Shown: piece after piece, positions 11,496 to 25,065 of the stretch
How positions within the stretch are numbered: position 1 is the first letter of the stretch
How the letters are laid out: each line of letters begins with the position of its first letter
Source: Euprymna scolopes
Lineage: Eukaryota
DNA: 64,000 nt
Direction: 5' to 3' (one strand)
Assembly: GCA_053919585.1 (NCBI GenBank)
Contig: CM132790.1
Notes under the pieces: model-generated
What the model was told of the DNA's origin: nothing
The model's database searches: none
The model's input: the letters and a program-made list of their open reading frames with translations, nothing else
Position numbers and translations under genes: made by a program

Positions 11496-14400
11496 TAAAA
11501 AAAAAATTTTTAAGAACTCACGTGCAAAGACTTAAACTCTACAGCCGTACGAAATAGTCAATTGCAAACTCTCTAAGTTACAACACAAAACAACAAAAGT
11601 TCAACAATGGTGGAAAATTGCAGCATAAAAAACGCCTACGCTTAAATTTATCTACTCAAAGAAATTGTAAGTAGAATTTCTTTTTTTTTTTTTTCATGCT
11701 TGCTAAAAAGGAAAGAAACATATGGACTTTATATTGAAGATTTTTCTTCTGTTACTGAAATTTCGGGAAATGAATTCTTGTTTTATGACAAAGTGGTTAT
11801 TGTGTACCGACTCGTTGTTTATTTGAATTATACCGAGAGAAGAAAAGGAGAAGAGACAGTGTGATAAAAAGGCAAATATTCTTTTTACGTGCTGGGAAGC
11901 CATTTTTATGACTTAAAAAAAAGTTTTCTTTCTTCTTCCTCCCCTTTTTTTTTTTGCAACGGCACGCACGCACACTGAAAGGAAATAATACCTTCTATTT
12001 TTTTCCTTTATTTTTACCTGTCAATTTTTTAAAGCACTTTTAAAATAAAGAGTTTTTTTCGGTTGGTTAAACTTTTGCTCGCCAGCGGAGTGAGAAAAAA
12101 TACTGCTCGCGCAATATCTATTACAGGAAACAGAAACCCGGAACAATTTTTTTTAAACCGTAACTTTGCTGAACACAAATTGACTTGTATATTTTACATT
12201 GTGTGTGTGTTATAGCGTATATTTTACATCGTGTATGTAATATTGTATATTTTATATTGCATATTTTATATTGTATTGTATATTTTATGTTGTATATTGC
12301 ATAATATATTTTGTATGTTGTATATTGTACTGTTTTTTCTCTACGGCAAAACAAATCTGTCTCCATTTCCGAACTATTGGAATATCTGAGACAAAAGGGA
12401 CACGTGTCAACCAGTAAATAAGTGTATGCAAAATTAATCTATAATTTTTGCATTTCTGCTACAGCTACTGAAGAGTATACTATTCCATAAATTATAAAAG
12501 TTTTTCCTTGCTGTGACTTCTGGTTAAGTTACAAATTATAGAATTTTCTTTTGCGAGAAAATAAAAAGAGACACAATGGAAGATGTGAAAGAGACGATAA
12601 CCCGTCTAATTGAATTTCAAATGGACCAGCAAAGAAGAGCTGACGATAGACTACAGCAGAAGAAAGAATGATCCAAATGCAAAAGAGAGCTGTTGACAGA
12701 CTCATTGCATTACAAACAGAACAGAAAGAGAGAACTGAAGCACTACTCCAGGTTTTAATGAATAGGAATCAAGCTACAGAGAGCGATACAGCGTTTACTC
12801 GGTACTAAGTACAATAAATAATTTCACCTACTGTCATTAAGAAAATCAAACATTTGAAATGTATTTCAGACGGTATGAAGATCTGTACAATATCGATATT
12901 GGAAATTGGGCAGACCAAAAAATGTTCGTTTGCTACTCAGCAAATTAGGGGCTACGGAACACGACAAATTCGTCGACTATATCTTGCCACAAAAGACTAG
13001 CGATCTGACGTTTACGGAAACCGTTAAACGACTAACGGAACAATATAGTTCGAAAACGTCGCTGTTCCATAGAGGTGGAAATGCTTGAACCTTACAAAAA
13101 AAACGATGTGGAGTACTTGACTTTCGCCTCGATTGTTAACAAACGCCGTGACAATTTTAAATTGTCAGAATTGAGTGCCGATGATTTCAAGTGCCTCATA
13201 TTCGTCCAGGGCTTAACTTTGGCTAGAGACTCTGAGATCCGTCGAAGAGTTTTGTCAAAACTGGAAAGTGAACCAGGCTTAACTGTACAAAAGCTGGCGG
13301 AAGATTGCTAAAGGATCATTAGTATCAAGAAGGACTCAAAGAACATCGAAGAATCTGGTATTGCACACATAAAGAACATACAGAGAAGAACTAAGGGGTA
13401 CTCTCCAAAAAGCAAAACGGAAACTGGACGCTATCTTCCACTTAAGCACGAAAGACAAGTTACCCAAAGCCTTCAACCACTTGTTTTCGCTGCGGAAACT
13501 TGCATTGGTCAAAGGATTTCCCTTTTCGCACCAAAGAATGCTTTAATTGCAAAAAACTAGGACACAAAAGCTCACACTGCAAACGGCAGAGGAAAAGTAA
13601 AATTCGGGTTTAACAGACGAGAATGAATAAGACGAAAATAACAGCTGAAAATACGTCTTAGTTCGAATTTTAAACAAGGAAGTTAAATCACAGATAGACT
13701 CAGGATCGGACTTATCGATAATAAATTTACAGACGTGGAGAAATGTAAATAGGCTGACTATGCATAAAACTGGCAAGTCATCAAAAACGGTAACTGGAGA
13801 AAAAATAAATTTCGAAGGAGAACTAACTACAAATGTCAATTTTAATGGTACAACGAAAAAATCTGAAATTATTTGTGCTCAAAAACACAGAAAATTTGTT
13901 TGGTACCGATTGGTTTCAGGAATTTAATCTGTGGAATGTACCGATCAGCATTTTTTGCCAAAAAAGTAGAATCGTTTTCTACAGAAAAACAAGAACTTAA
14001 AGCGGATCTAAAAAGGCTTTTTCCTGAATTTTTTTCAGCGGGCCTCGGTAAATGTAGGAAAGCAACAGCCAAATTTGAACTGAAACCCAATGCAGAACCA
14101 GTTTTTAGGAAAAAAGGGACGTACCATTCGCTTCGCTAGAGAAAATCAATGAGGAACTTGACAGACTAGTCAAGACCGGCATCTTATCAAAAGTGGAATT
14201 CAGCCAATAGCCAGCTCCTACCGTGTACGTCAAAAAGAAATCGAAGGAAATCCGCGTTTGCGCTGATTTTTCGACTGGGCTAGACGCTGTCTTGAAAGAC
14301 TACCATTACCCATTACCTAGTCCCGAGGAAATCTTCGCAAAAGTGAACGGAGGTAAGATCTTCTCTAAGGTCTATCTCAGTGAGGATTATCTTCAGATTC

Positions 14401-16554
14401 CGGTTGAGGAAAATAGCTCAAAGCAAATTTGTGAGATTAGCATTTGGAATCAAGATCGCTCCGGCGATTTTCAAGAAATAATGGATACTATACTAGAAGG
14501 ACTCGATTTCGCAACTGCATACTTGGACGATATAATTATCATCAGCAAATCCAAGGAACATACAAAAGGTATTTTCACGGATACAGGATTTCGGTTTCAA
14601 AGTTAAGGAAGGAAAGTGCGAATTATTCCTAGAAGAAATTAAATACCTAGGATACGCAATTGGCAAAGAAGGAAGGAGATCAGATCCTGACAGGACAACT
14701 GCAATAAAGAACATGCCAACTCCCGGGAACGTCACCGAACTACAAAGCTTTCTAGGACTGGCCAACTATTACCAGTTATTTATTCCCAACATGCATAATC
14801 TTCGGGCCCTACTTAACAACCTTTTGAAGAAAGACCGTACTTGTGAATGGATATCTGAATGCCAGGAGGTATTCAACAAAATAAAAACTTACGTCCGACC
14901 TATCTCTTACACATTACAATCCAGAATTAGATATCATAGTTGCCAGCGACGCAAGCTTTCATGGTATAGGCGCTTGCATACTACACAGAATGTCGGATGG
15001 AAGCAAGAAACCAGTGGCACATGCATCACGCACGTTATTACCTTCGAAAAAACATTACTCGCAGATCGAGAAGGAACCCTTCGCAATAATATTCGCAGTA
15101 AGAAAGTACTATCGTTATTTGCATGTAAGATTTTTCAATTTGCAAACTGGCCATAAACCGCTCCTTACTATCCTGGATCGAAGAAAGGACTACCTGTGTA
15201 TACAGCAAACAGATTGCTGAGATGAATTACGATCTTACTTAACTATAATTTTAAGTTAGAATACCTCCCCTCACAAAAACTTGGTCATGCTGACGGATTG
15301 TCAGTGCTAATCCCAAGTCAAAGCGAACCACTAGAAAACACTGTGATCGTTTCTTTAAAAAACGACAGTGAGATCAAGAATCCGATGCTTAACGTGATTA
15401 AAGAACTACCAGTTACCCCACAGGAAATAAAATGCGAATCTCAAGAAGACGAATTCATTTGCTCCACAAAACAGAAGATCATGGAAAAACATCGACAGAT
15501 AGCGGACATGTTCTCCTTGTGTGACAATGTACTAGTATATAGTGAAAGGGTGGTTATACCTAAGACTTTACAGAAACGAATACTAAGATATTTTCCCACA
15601 GATCATCCAGGAAATAATAGGATCAAGAGCCTTATGCGGAGTTATGTATACTGGTCAAATATGGATTTAGACATTTCAAATTTAGTGGATTCTTGCAAGG
15701 GTTGGTCTCTAGCAGCTAAAGCACCACCAATCACCTACAAACAATGGCCAAAGACAGACCAGCCTTGGTCGAGAATACATGTGGATTTAACAGGACCAGT
15801 GGAGGATATCTACTACTTGATTGTAGTAGATAGCTATTCAAAATGGACAGAAGTACTCAGGTGTAAGAGACCCACCAGAGGGTCACTATCTCTTTCCTCC
15901 ATGAATTTTAAGGAATTCTGCGACAGTTTTCTAATAAAACACATCACTATAGATCAAATGGACAGGCAGAACGTTTCGTAGACACTTTGAAAAGAACATT
16001 ACAGAAAGCTTCGGGAACACCTTCAGATAATGCCTTACAACAGTTCTTACAGGTTTACAGGATCACACTGAACCCGAATACCCCTGAAGCAGCATCTCCT
16101 GCAGAGACCATGCTTGCACGAAAAATACGACCAGTATGAAAAAACTACTGCCAAAACAAGCAAATTCAAGTAGGACCACTACCGTTCCCATAAAAATGTA
16201 TAACCCAGGAGAAAAAGTTTTCTTTAGAGTATACGGAAACAATACATCCTTTTGGGAAGAGGGAACAACCGACAAAAGAATTGGAAACACAACCTACATC
16301 GTTCTAGGCTCTACTACCACTCACAAGAGACACCTAAATAAAATTAGACGTCGTCGTGACGATGGCAGAGACACACCTTAAGTCGAGGAAGAAGCTAGCG
16401 ATACATTATATATGTTCGATATCGAGCCTCCCCAAGCAAACTTAAAACAGCGCCGATCGACAAGGAAGAGAAAGATTACTGAACCTTTTATCATCGATCC
16501 AAAAAGGAAGAAATATTAACGCCTTTTTCTGAACAAAAAAGCGTGGGAGGAGGG

Positions 16555-16781
16555 TGTTGTGGTGACGTACACCCCCTTATAACCACTAAGATGGAATTGT
16601 CCATTAGACATATAACCAGCAAGTCTAGACCGCTGACTGAGAGCTATCCGGATGTCGAATCGAGACGACTCCCCACGGACTTACAAACCTTTTCTGTACC
16701 ACTAACGCTTGCTTGATATAAATGTTCTTATTCTCACCAAGTCGTTGTGTTCCTACTTTCACCTTTTCCGACTCCACTACA
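16555..16781 (+). repeat. 3' LTR of inner Gypsy
   Basis: TGTTG...CTACA, preceded by PPT gggaggaggg (16545-16554). Confidence 0.95.
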
Positions 16782-19639
16782 ATAACGAAAAACACAAGAA
16801 CGTGATATAGCAAATATTCATGCGATGAAAACAAGGCATAAGCTAACAAAGCATATGTTAAAATTGTTAAGTGTTGAGACATTATGTTGAACAAATATGG
16901 CGGTCGTAAATCAAACTGGCGAAGAACCAATGCAGTCACGATCTCGAGTATTGAGTCTTATTAGTAACAAAGATGGCGGCGAAGAATCAATGCAGTCACG
17001 ATTCAGTCGTTTCAAGACATAGGTTGACAGCAACTGAAATGAATCCAAAATTCGATATTTTTATAATAGATTTTAAGGCTTCTGATTGGGTGTATTGTTC
17101 TAACCGTAAATTATAAGTAAGATCGTCCGAATCATTGGGATCATACCCTTAACAGTAATCAAAAAATATTTTAACAAAAATAAATCAAGAGAATTACATT
17201 TATATCAAGATTCTATTTCAAAACAAAAAAATGATATGCTTTTCAATTCGAAGAACATAATTTATTCCATATTCTATAAGTTTTGTGTCGTCCTCTCTTC
17301 GGTTTGAATTCTTTGGCATTTTTCTGTTAAATTTTGGAGTGTAATGTTTTGATAAAAAATTTCTGTAATACAATAGATGGTATTACGACAAATTCAGATT
17401 AGCTAAAAAAAAAGAAATTAAACGAAAAGTTGCCAGTTTTTCGACTCAAACGACCAGTGCCCTGTTCGTGTATAGAAATCATCAATAAGGAGCTAGGACT
17501 GCTAAAAAAGCAAGGCACGATTTTTAAAAAAACACACTACGTACGGCCTTTGGACAGAATCTACAGTGCATGTAAAGAAAAATGTAATAAAATCAGAATT
17601 TGCGCTGATTATTCTACCGATCTTAATGATTGTTTGGACATAATAAATGATCTCCTCGCAACAGCGGAAGAGTTTGCTTCACAAAATTAAATGGTGGACG
17701 AATATTTTCTAAATTTTGTCTAAGGCATATTTGCAAATCCCAGTAGAAGGAACGTGTTCTGAATTATTAACTACTGTTACACAATATGGAATAAAGGTAA
17801 CACCTCTTATCTTCAAATAAACAATGGATACAATATTAACGGACCTGGGTTTCGCAACAGCTTATGAAGATAATATTCTAATAACAGGCGAAAATCGCGA
17901 AGAGCAAGCAAAACATGTACTAGACGTGTTCAAAAGATGAACAAATATTTTAAACTTGAGTACGGGAAAGTGGTGATTTTTCTACAAAACATCAAATATC
18001 TTAAACAGATAATTGATGAAAACCGTAAGACACCGGATCCAAAACAGACATGCCGCACCGACTAACGTCACATTATTATAATCATTTTGAGGTTTCGCAA
18101 ATTACTACAATATTTATATGCCGAATATTCATATTTTAATAGCCCCGTTGAACCGTTTACTAAAAAATGTGAAGTGGACAACTATTAAAAGGCATTCGTT
18201 AAACTAAAAACAGTGTTAATATCAAACTTTGTTTTGACTCATTACAACCCTAATAAGAAAATACCCTTGCAAGTAATTTTGCTTTGAGAGCAGTTTTGTT
18301 ACACAAAAAAAAATGACGGTAAACTAAACCGATCAAACATGTTGCAAAAACGCTACCTCTGCCGCAAAAACATATTCACAAATAGAGAAGGAAGGATTAT
18401 CCAAAATATTTGTGAATAAAAACATTAGACCATCCACTATTATCAGCAATGTTTGGTTGAGAAAAACGAGTACCAACGCACACTGCGAATTGTTTACAGA
18501 GATAAGTAACGATGTTGAAATGGAATTTTTACCGTCAAAACATCGCCCATTCAAACGGTTAATCGGAATTAATACCAAAAACGATTAAACCGCTAGAAAA
18601 GACAACCATTGCTTCCTTAAGGTCCAAGATAAGCGTAAAATATGTTCTCTATAATACAGTAAAAGAAATGCCAGTTACTCTTTAGGAGGTAAAATTTAAA
18701 ACAAAATTTGATGAGTTCATAAATGAAAGACAAAACAGTTAAGGTATCAGAAAAAATAAAGCGACAATAAAATATCATATGAATGTACGGAATCCAAATG
18801 ATCGTATTCGTAGTTCTAACAAAGAAATTTATGGAGATTTTACACCGGACATTCGTTAATTTGTAGAATGGAAGCACATGTGGAATTTCGTATAATGGAG
18901 AAGGGCGGATAAGGATACTGAAAATATGGCGAAAACATACAAAAGTTGTCCGTCTGTAACAAACGCACCACAAAAAAAAATATTTTGGGGGCTAAGACAG
19001 ATAAACCGTTGTCCCGTCTATACATTGACTAAGTCGAACCAATAAAAGAAACATACTTTTTTAATAGACAGTTTTACTAAATGACCAGACAAGTATACAA
19101 ATGAAAGACAAGTAAAAGCACAATAAACCGGACACTATCGTATCTGAGAATGACGCGCAATTTTTACGAAAAGAATTCGAAAAGATTTGTAAAATACTTC
19201 CGATGAATCACGTAAAGTTTGCACTTTTTCACCAAAGACCGAACGGACTGGTTGAGAAATTTATCGACGTATTCTAAAATGCGATCACAAAAGCAAATGG
19301 AGCTGAAGCAGAAAATGAAAAATTACAAAAATTATCTGTTTATCGAATAACATTGAATTTTAACGCGAACATGTTCCCTAGAAATTTAATGTTTGCTAGG
19401 AAAGTGCGTTCAGTTACTGATATATTGATTCCTTCAAAAACGGAATGTAAGGAAAAAATCATGTCTTAAATAAAATCAATAGTCCATGCGAAAACATTAT
19501 TTCTTACATTATTTAGGTAAAGCAATATTGATAAAGTATACAGAAGTATACAAATGAAATTGTAAAAAGAAAGGATGGGAATGTATATTATAAAACATGC
19601 AAAATGGAAAATACGAAGACATAGTAATAAAATAAGATT

Positions 19640-19698
<59 letters not shown>

Positions 19699-20085
19699 CC
19701 CAGACACAAATGAATGACGAGAAAAACATGTTTGTCATTTATATGTTTGAGGTACCCATGCCAACGAAAACATACCTCGACGGTAACTATAGAAATAGAT
19801 ATCAAAAGATATTATGTCCAACGAAGATAAAGGGTATGTCGTGACGTAGCACGTACTATATGACTTTCGATCACCTGGAGAAAAAAATGTTAGCGGAACC
19901 CGCAGCAGAGTGTGTATTCCATTAACTTGTAGCTATCACATACTATTGTAAATGCGCCCTGTTTTTGCTCCACAACTTATAAAAGTACGTATCTACATTA
20001 TTCTGCCTGATCATTTTCGTGCGTGATATATCAATAACTTTAAAAGTTTATAACTTACAAGTGATATTTCTTGGGTTTTGTTTTT

Positions 20086-20200
20086 AGATAAGGATTGATA
20101 ATTTATATTATTTAGATTGTTTGAACTACTGTTCTGATATTGGGTGTTAATTTCACAATGTTCCGGCCGATATAACCTCCAGCCTTCTTCAGGTGTATCT
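20086..20200 (-). ncRNA. Penelope-like terminal repeat with best-preserved hammerhead-like motif (copy 3)
   Basis: Minus 20154-20200: agatacac-CTGAAGA-a-ggctg-gaggttatat-cggcc-GGAA-cattgtg; same terminal sequence as copies 1, 2 and 4. Confidence 0.6.
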
Positions 20201-20484
20201 TAACAATGTCTCTTATTAACGAAAAAGGGCGGCAATATTATTTCCACCACTCATCAATAAATATTTTGTGTCTTCTTGCCGCTAAAAATTAATTGTCAGT
20301 TTTTTGGGGGTGAGGGGGTCCAAATCAATAAAATGAACGTCATCTTTTGAAATGTATTATTTAAAGTTGTATAATCTGATTTTAGAATAATTCATTTTAC
20401 AATGAATAACGTCGAAATTGTTTATCCAAACAACAATAAGTTGATGATTAATCACTACATCAAAGGAGCTCATTTTCTGAAGTA

Positions 20485-21357
20485 TATGATGGAACGATAA
20501 TATTGTTTGCCCTAGAAAAGACATGATTCCATTTCCGTTGGATGAAAACCGATTTTTTATTTTTGTTGCAGACTATCTACTAGTTGGCTAGTTGTTTACA
20601 AATCCCAATAGCGATATTAATCTGAAAGTGAGACAATTTCAACGAGCAAGATCGGTGATGCACCGCTATACAACTCGTGCTCTCTGCTGTTATGACAACA
20701 GGACTATTTCCAACGTCCTCAAAATACAAATCCGGGCAGTTCAACGCTTGAGGGCACAGTTCAACGAAGTTTCCGACCACGGTTATGGTTTCTGGTATAG
20801 TTTCAAGTGAAGTCCATATCACGCCACCTCACATCTTCAAAGTCAGCTTGAAAGTCGACACGAAAATGTACCTGGATGTGCTGAAGAGTGTGGTGATCTA
20901 CTTGTGCAATCAGGTGGCCGCCGACAGACTCTGGGTGTGGCAGCAAGAGTCGGCGCCGGCCCACAAGTCCAAAGAGACCCAGACTTGGCTTCAGAAGGAG
21001 TGCTACAACTTTGTACCCTTCTCTCACTGGACCCTCTCCCCCCCTCCCCCCTGACCTGAACCCGCTGGACTACTTTGTTTAGTCATACGTCGAGAACATC
21101 CCTAACATGACTTTCCACAACAGCAAAGTCAGCCTGATCACTGCCATCCGCCGAATATTCGCCTAACTTCCGCCGGCGCTTGTGGAAAAGGCATACTCCC
21201 AGTTCCGGGCCCGTATCGAGTCTGTCATTGAGACTCAAGGCGGCTACGTTTAATAGATATCACATCTACTACATAATTAAGTTACCTGAATTGATTTTAA
21301 AAATAAAGCCGTAGTATTGTTTGCTTTAGGGTAATACTTTTAGCGTTCCAACCTTTA
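20485..21357 (+). mobile_element. Tc1/mariner superfamily (maT/DD37D-like) element, internally deleted
   Basis: WVWQQESAPAHKSKETQTWL..W...PDLNPLDYFV..RIESVIETQGGY; imperfect TIRs tggaacg.taa..ccctaga / tagggtaatacttttagcgttcca. Confidence 0.85.
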
Positions 21358-21884
21358 TGTGATAACTTACGTGTGAACATGAAGAATTCTCAACTATTTC
21401 CTTAGTGCACTCTTTCCAATATAGTTGCCCCTTCCGCTTTATGTATTTCTCTATTCATCCACTACTCCCCACAAGGAAACAATTCATAACCATCATAAAG
21501 TGACAGAAAAACAAAAAGGTCAAAAAGAAGCTTTTTATCGTTTAGGACTTTAGCTTTTGTATTAAAATAGTATTATCCATTTGTATTACAAAAATAAAGA
21601 AAATCAAATCTTTTCAAAATAAAATATTATAAAGTTAATTTATATTATGTCTTAAATAGTTATTTATAAATTATCAGATAGTTCAATTATTTGCCCCCCG
21701 ACTATTTCATCTTTATCCACTAGGTGGTAAATTTGCCCCCGGTTCAGAATCTCTGCCTTGGTATATTATTGTATGATAAAGGTAATATAAAAATCCATTA
21801 CGATAGAAGCTCAATCGATTTACTTATGCAGCTGTCTTGAACATAAGTTAAGATATACGATTTACTTCTGAGACTTTGAGATAT

Positions 21885-22420
21885 TTTTTTTTACAATGGA
21901 GTCACCATTTATCAAGATCTGAAGGTCACTTGAGGATCAGGGTTAATGAGTGTACGGATGTAAATTGGAAAATATTGTAATCGTTAGTAGTGGAAATTTA
22001 GGAAATTAGATCACTTAAGAACGTGATTACGTTGGACTTGAAGACGACCGTATTGTAGTCAGCTGGAAATCAAGGAAACGGAAGAGAGTTCCACAGGCGT
22101 GAAGTTCTGAGAAAGAAGCTTTGTTCATGAAATCTATCTTTAGATTTAGTTACAGATAAAGAGTGGGGGAAATTATTGATTTCAGTTAGATGAGTGTTTT
22201 CCTGAAAGTTTAGCAAGGGGAAAACCATTGATTGGCGGTCAGATGAGCACTCGCCGTGAAAATTAGGATAGAACAGAGACAGGTTTGCAACGTCTCTTCT
22301 GTCGGAAAAAGATTGCAGGGAAAAGAAGTCTATTTTGAACTCTGTCAATGCAAGATAAGTGCTTCTAGCAGTTCCTGACCAGATATGGCAACAGTACTCC
22401 ATGCTCGAACGTACTGTCAT
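21885..22420 (-). mobile_element. LINE family A 3' fragment
   Basis: MEYCCHIWSG..RRDVANLSLFY..FHEQSFFLRTSRLWNSLP, then 3' UTR and A-tail. Confidence 0.9.
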
Positions 22421-22649
22421 GTTCGAACGTACGTCATGTTTGGCTGTTTCTGAAGTTTAGCAGAACTGCGACTGATATGTCCATTGTCAAATGGATTGAA
22501 AACGTGGAACTTGTGTGTGCACTTTGCGTCATGAAGCGTGCTGAGCGCATGCTGCTATTGAGATTGCGAGCTAATGTTTTGGCCATATGCAGGCAACAGT
22601 TAGGAACAGAGTACAAGTAGCAAAAACTGGTGCATGAGTGGTAAAGAAA

Positions 22650-23680
22650 TTACAGACTGGAAGCGAATGAGACTGTGTTTGGCTACTTCAAACTAATGAT
22701 GCTCAACACAATTATTTAGCTGAGCTCGACGCGGCACTCAAGGATTTAATTTTGCTCTTGAATGGGTTGCTACAGTGTTATACTTGGTCACTAATTCGGC
22801 GTTCGTGCACAAGTGGGTTTCCGACACATTAACTGGAAAGGTACGTGTGAACATGAGTGCAGTTGGCATGATGATAGTCGACGGTTTGAAAACTTGCAGT
22901 CGCTGGCGAAATGTTATGGATTTATCATATAAGTAAAACTCGTGAAGTCCTATCAGAACCGCGCATATGGCCTCATCAGAGTGCTAGATAAGTTGATGGA
23001 TCTGCTCAAAGAAGGAAAAGAACCGTGCTTGTTGGTTGTGCAATAGTAGGCAGACGGCTGGGCGATGATCAGGTAGCTGACATCCATCATCAAAATGGAC
23101 ATCTGAGTGTGGAGCGGACCTTATATTTCGCCATGTCGGTTGACCCGCAAGTATCCAAAGGAATTGCTAATCAGTTGTGAAAGCCTGTTAAACCTGTCGA
23201 TTGATAGATTCGGCACCTGTTCAGTTGGAAAAAAAAACTCAGCGTGAAGAAACACTGGAGCAGGTTGGCGATGGACATAATCCACCATAATAGTGAGAAT
23301 TTTCTATCATCGATTGTTATTCCTCTGGATTTGCAATATGGCAACCACTGCTCCGACAAGATGCGACCACTATTATCCGTCAGTTGGAGAATTTTTTCCT
23401 TAAGCAATGCCCGCTGACTGAGAACGGCTTTGAATTCACTAGTAAACACTTTGGTTAATCTGCAAAGAATTGGAATATGCATATCCGGTTTCTCTGTGAC
23501 TACTCGCCAAGTGGAAATAGAATTGTAAAATGATACCGTATGACCGTTAAGATGATCGCGGCCAAAAAGAATTGTATAATATTGGAGGCGGTCTACTGGC
23601 ACAACATCACCCTGAATGATGAGGTTTCAACTTTCACTGCGCCGGCAGTTCTTTCTAGAATACGATTTATTATGCACAAG
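22650..23680 (+). mobile_element. Third Gypsy-type pol fragment (RNase H + integrase), decayed
   Basis: WLLQTNDAQHNYLAELDAALK..LVTNSAFVHKWVSDTLTGK..QNRAYGLIRV; zinc finger IHHQNGH..C*TC; WSRLAMDI; TVKMIAAKK..EAVYWHNIT. Confidence 0.8.
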
Positions 23681-23758
23681 CAATGCTACCCGGCGTTGCT
23701 AAGGCCTATGAAAATAGACAGAAGTTAAATAATGTGTATGACATCTTTAGACTGAAAC

Positions 23759-23760
<2 letters not shown>

Positions 23761-23815
<55 letters not shown>
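23761..23815 (+). repeat. (ATT)n microsatellite
   Basis: Direct read; source of the poly-Ile ORF artefact. Confidence 0.95.
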
Positions 23816-23816
<1 letters not shown>

Positions 23817-24439
23817 CTCTCCCTCCCGCTCTCCTTCTCTCTCTTTCTCTGGTTGTCACTTTATTATTTCTCTTTTTTCTGTCCACATTTTTCAGTCCTT
23901 TTCTGTAACTTTTTCTTTATCCCGCAACCAACCATTTCTTTCTTTTTTTTTTAATGTGTCGAAAAAAGTAATAATGTAATTCATTTATTATTTAAATATT
24001 CTTTTCTAAATTTTTGATATTGTACATCCGGGGTAGCGCCGATCCAGAAAATATAAACTTTATGGTCTTTGGTTAATAGTTTGAGCCTTTTAGCAGGACA
24101 TACACACATGCAAGCATACAAAATACAGACAACTACGTTGTATATAACTGCCCTATGTAGAGCACGATACCATGGGGCTGCTTCCTAACTGACTCATAGC
24201 CATTTTCAAGTCTAATGTGAACAAGTTGGCGTTGGGCCGCCATCCTAAATAAGCAAACACTACCGAGTGCTACCATTACCGATTATTAAGGTGTTGTTTC
24301 AACTGACACGTATTAACCTTTATACGCAAGTGACCTTCACGCTTTGATAAGCGATGACCCATCTAGTAAAAAATGGATTAAATGCCTTCAATATATTTAT
24401 CTCTCACACTGTTTATAAGTGATTAATAAGCAAAAACTG

Positions 24440-25005
24440 ATAAAAAAAGCTTGTCCTATATCTGAATACCCTTTATGTAAAATTTCAAATGTTCTGACAA
24501 AAAATTTTGACACCAATTTTGACCCCTTAACATTTATTGTTTTAGGCTGAAATCGAATAAAAAGTTTGATCCATGTCCAAGTAATCTACTCATCTAAAAT
24601 TTCCAGTGTTTAAACCCAAAATTGGCGGATGAATTTGGTAGAGTTTTGAAAAATGAAATCGTTGAACTTTAACCACTTGAAAGCAAAATTACTGGCTGAA
24701 TAACCAATTAAACAGATTTTCCAAATTTCAATACCCCTTATGTCAAATACCGAGTCTGTAGACTGAAAATTGGCAGAGTAGTTTGGTAGGGAAATATACA
24801 CACACAAACAGACACAGATAATTTAACTTTTGCATAGATCAACTGGTTTGTTTTCAATTTTGTCTCCTTAGCAGCAAGTTTGGCCGATTAAAAACCAAAT
24901 CGAAAGTGGATTGCAGTTGCAAATATTCTGTATATCAAATTTCAACTCTGTAGACCAAATATTCAGAGAGGAGTTTGGTAGAGACTTTTCGCGCACAACG
25001 ACAAG

Positions 25006-25065
<60 letters not shown>

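Larger units (their letters stand above)
11251..16781 (+). mobile_element. Inner Ty3/Gypsy (Mag/K02A2.6-like) LTR retrotransposon, structurally complete, coding-defective
   Basis: LTRs 11251-11481 and 16555-16781 (~92% identical by eye); TSD ATAAC (11246-50 / 16782-86). gag from ~12577; protease IDSGSD; RT IRVCADFSTGL..YLDD; RNase H YSQIEKE; integrase H..HPG..C and PWSRIHVD. Many frameshifts and an integrase core deletion. Confidence 0.96.
10145..20033 (+). mobile_element. Outer Ty3/Gypsy (Mag/K02A2.6-like) LTR retrotransposon, heavily decayed
   Basis: 5' LTR ~10145-10387 and 3' LTR ~19837-20033 (tgt.gtga.gtagc..actatatgactt..gagtgtgtattccatt). PBS-like tggcgtcagaa at 10391 (tRNA-Leu-like); PPT gaagataaaggg. 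gag remnants 10470-11245; RT (KIRICADYSTDLND), RNase H (YSQIEKEG) and integrase remnants 17430-19420. Confidence 0.88.

Noticed and set aside
19466-19844. ORFs with YIYI/CVCV/IIII runs here and elsewhere (e.g. 23683, 33101, 36808, 53066)
   Set aside because: Translations of microsatellites.
21690-21756. hAT-type terminal sequence (ggttcagaatctctg)
   Set aside because: Only one end seen; no partner TIR or 8-bp TSD.
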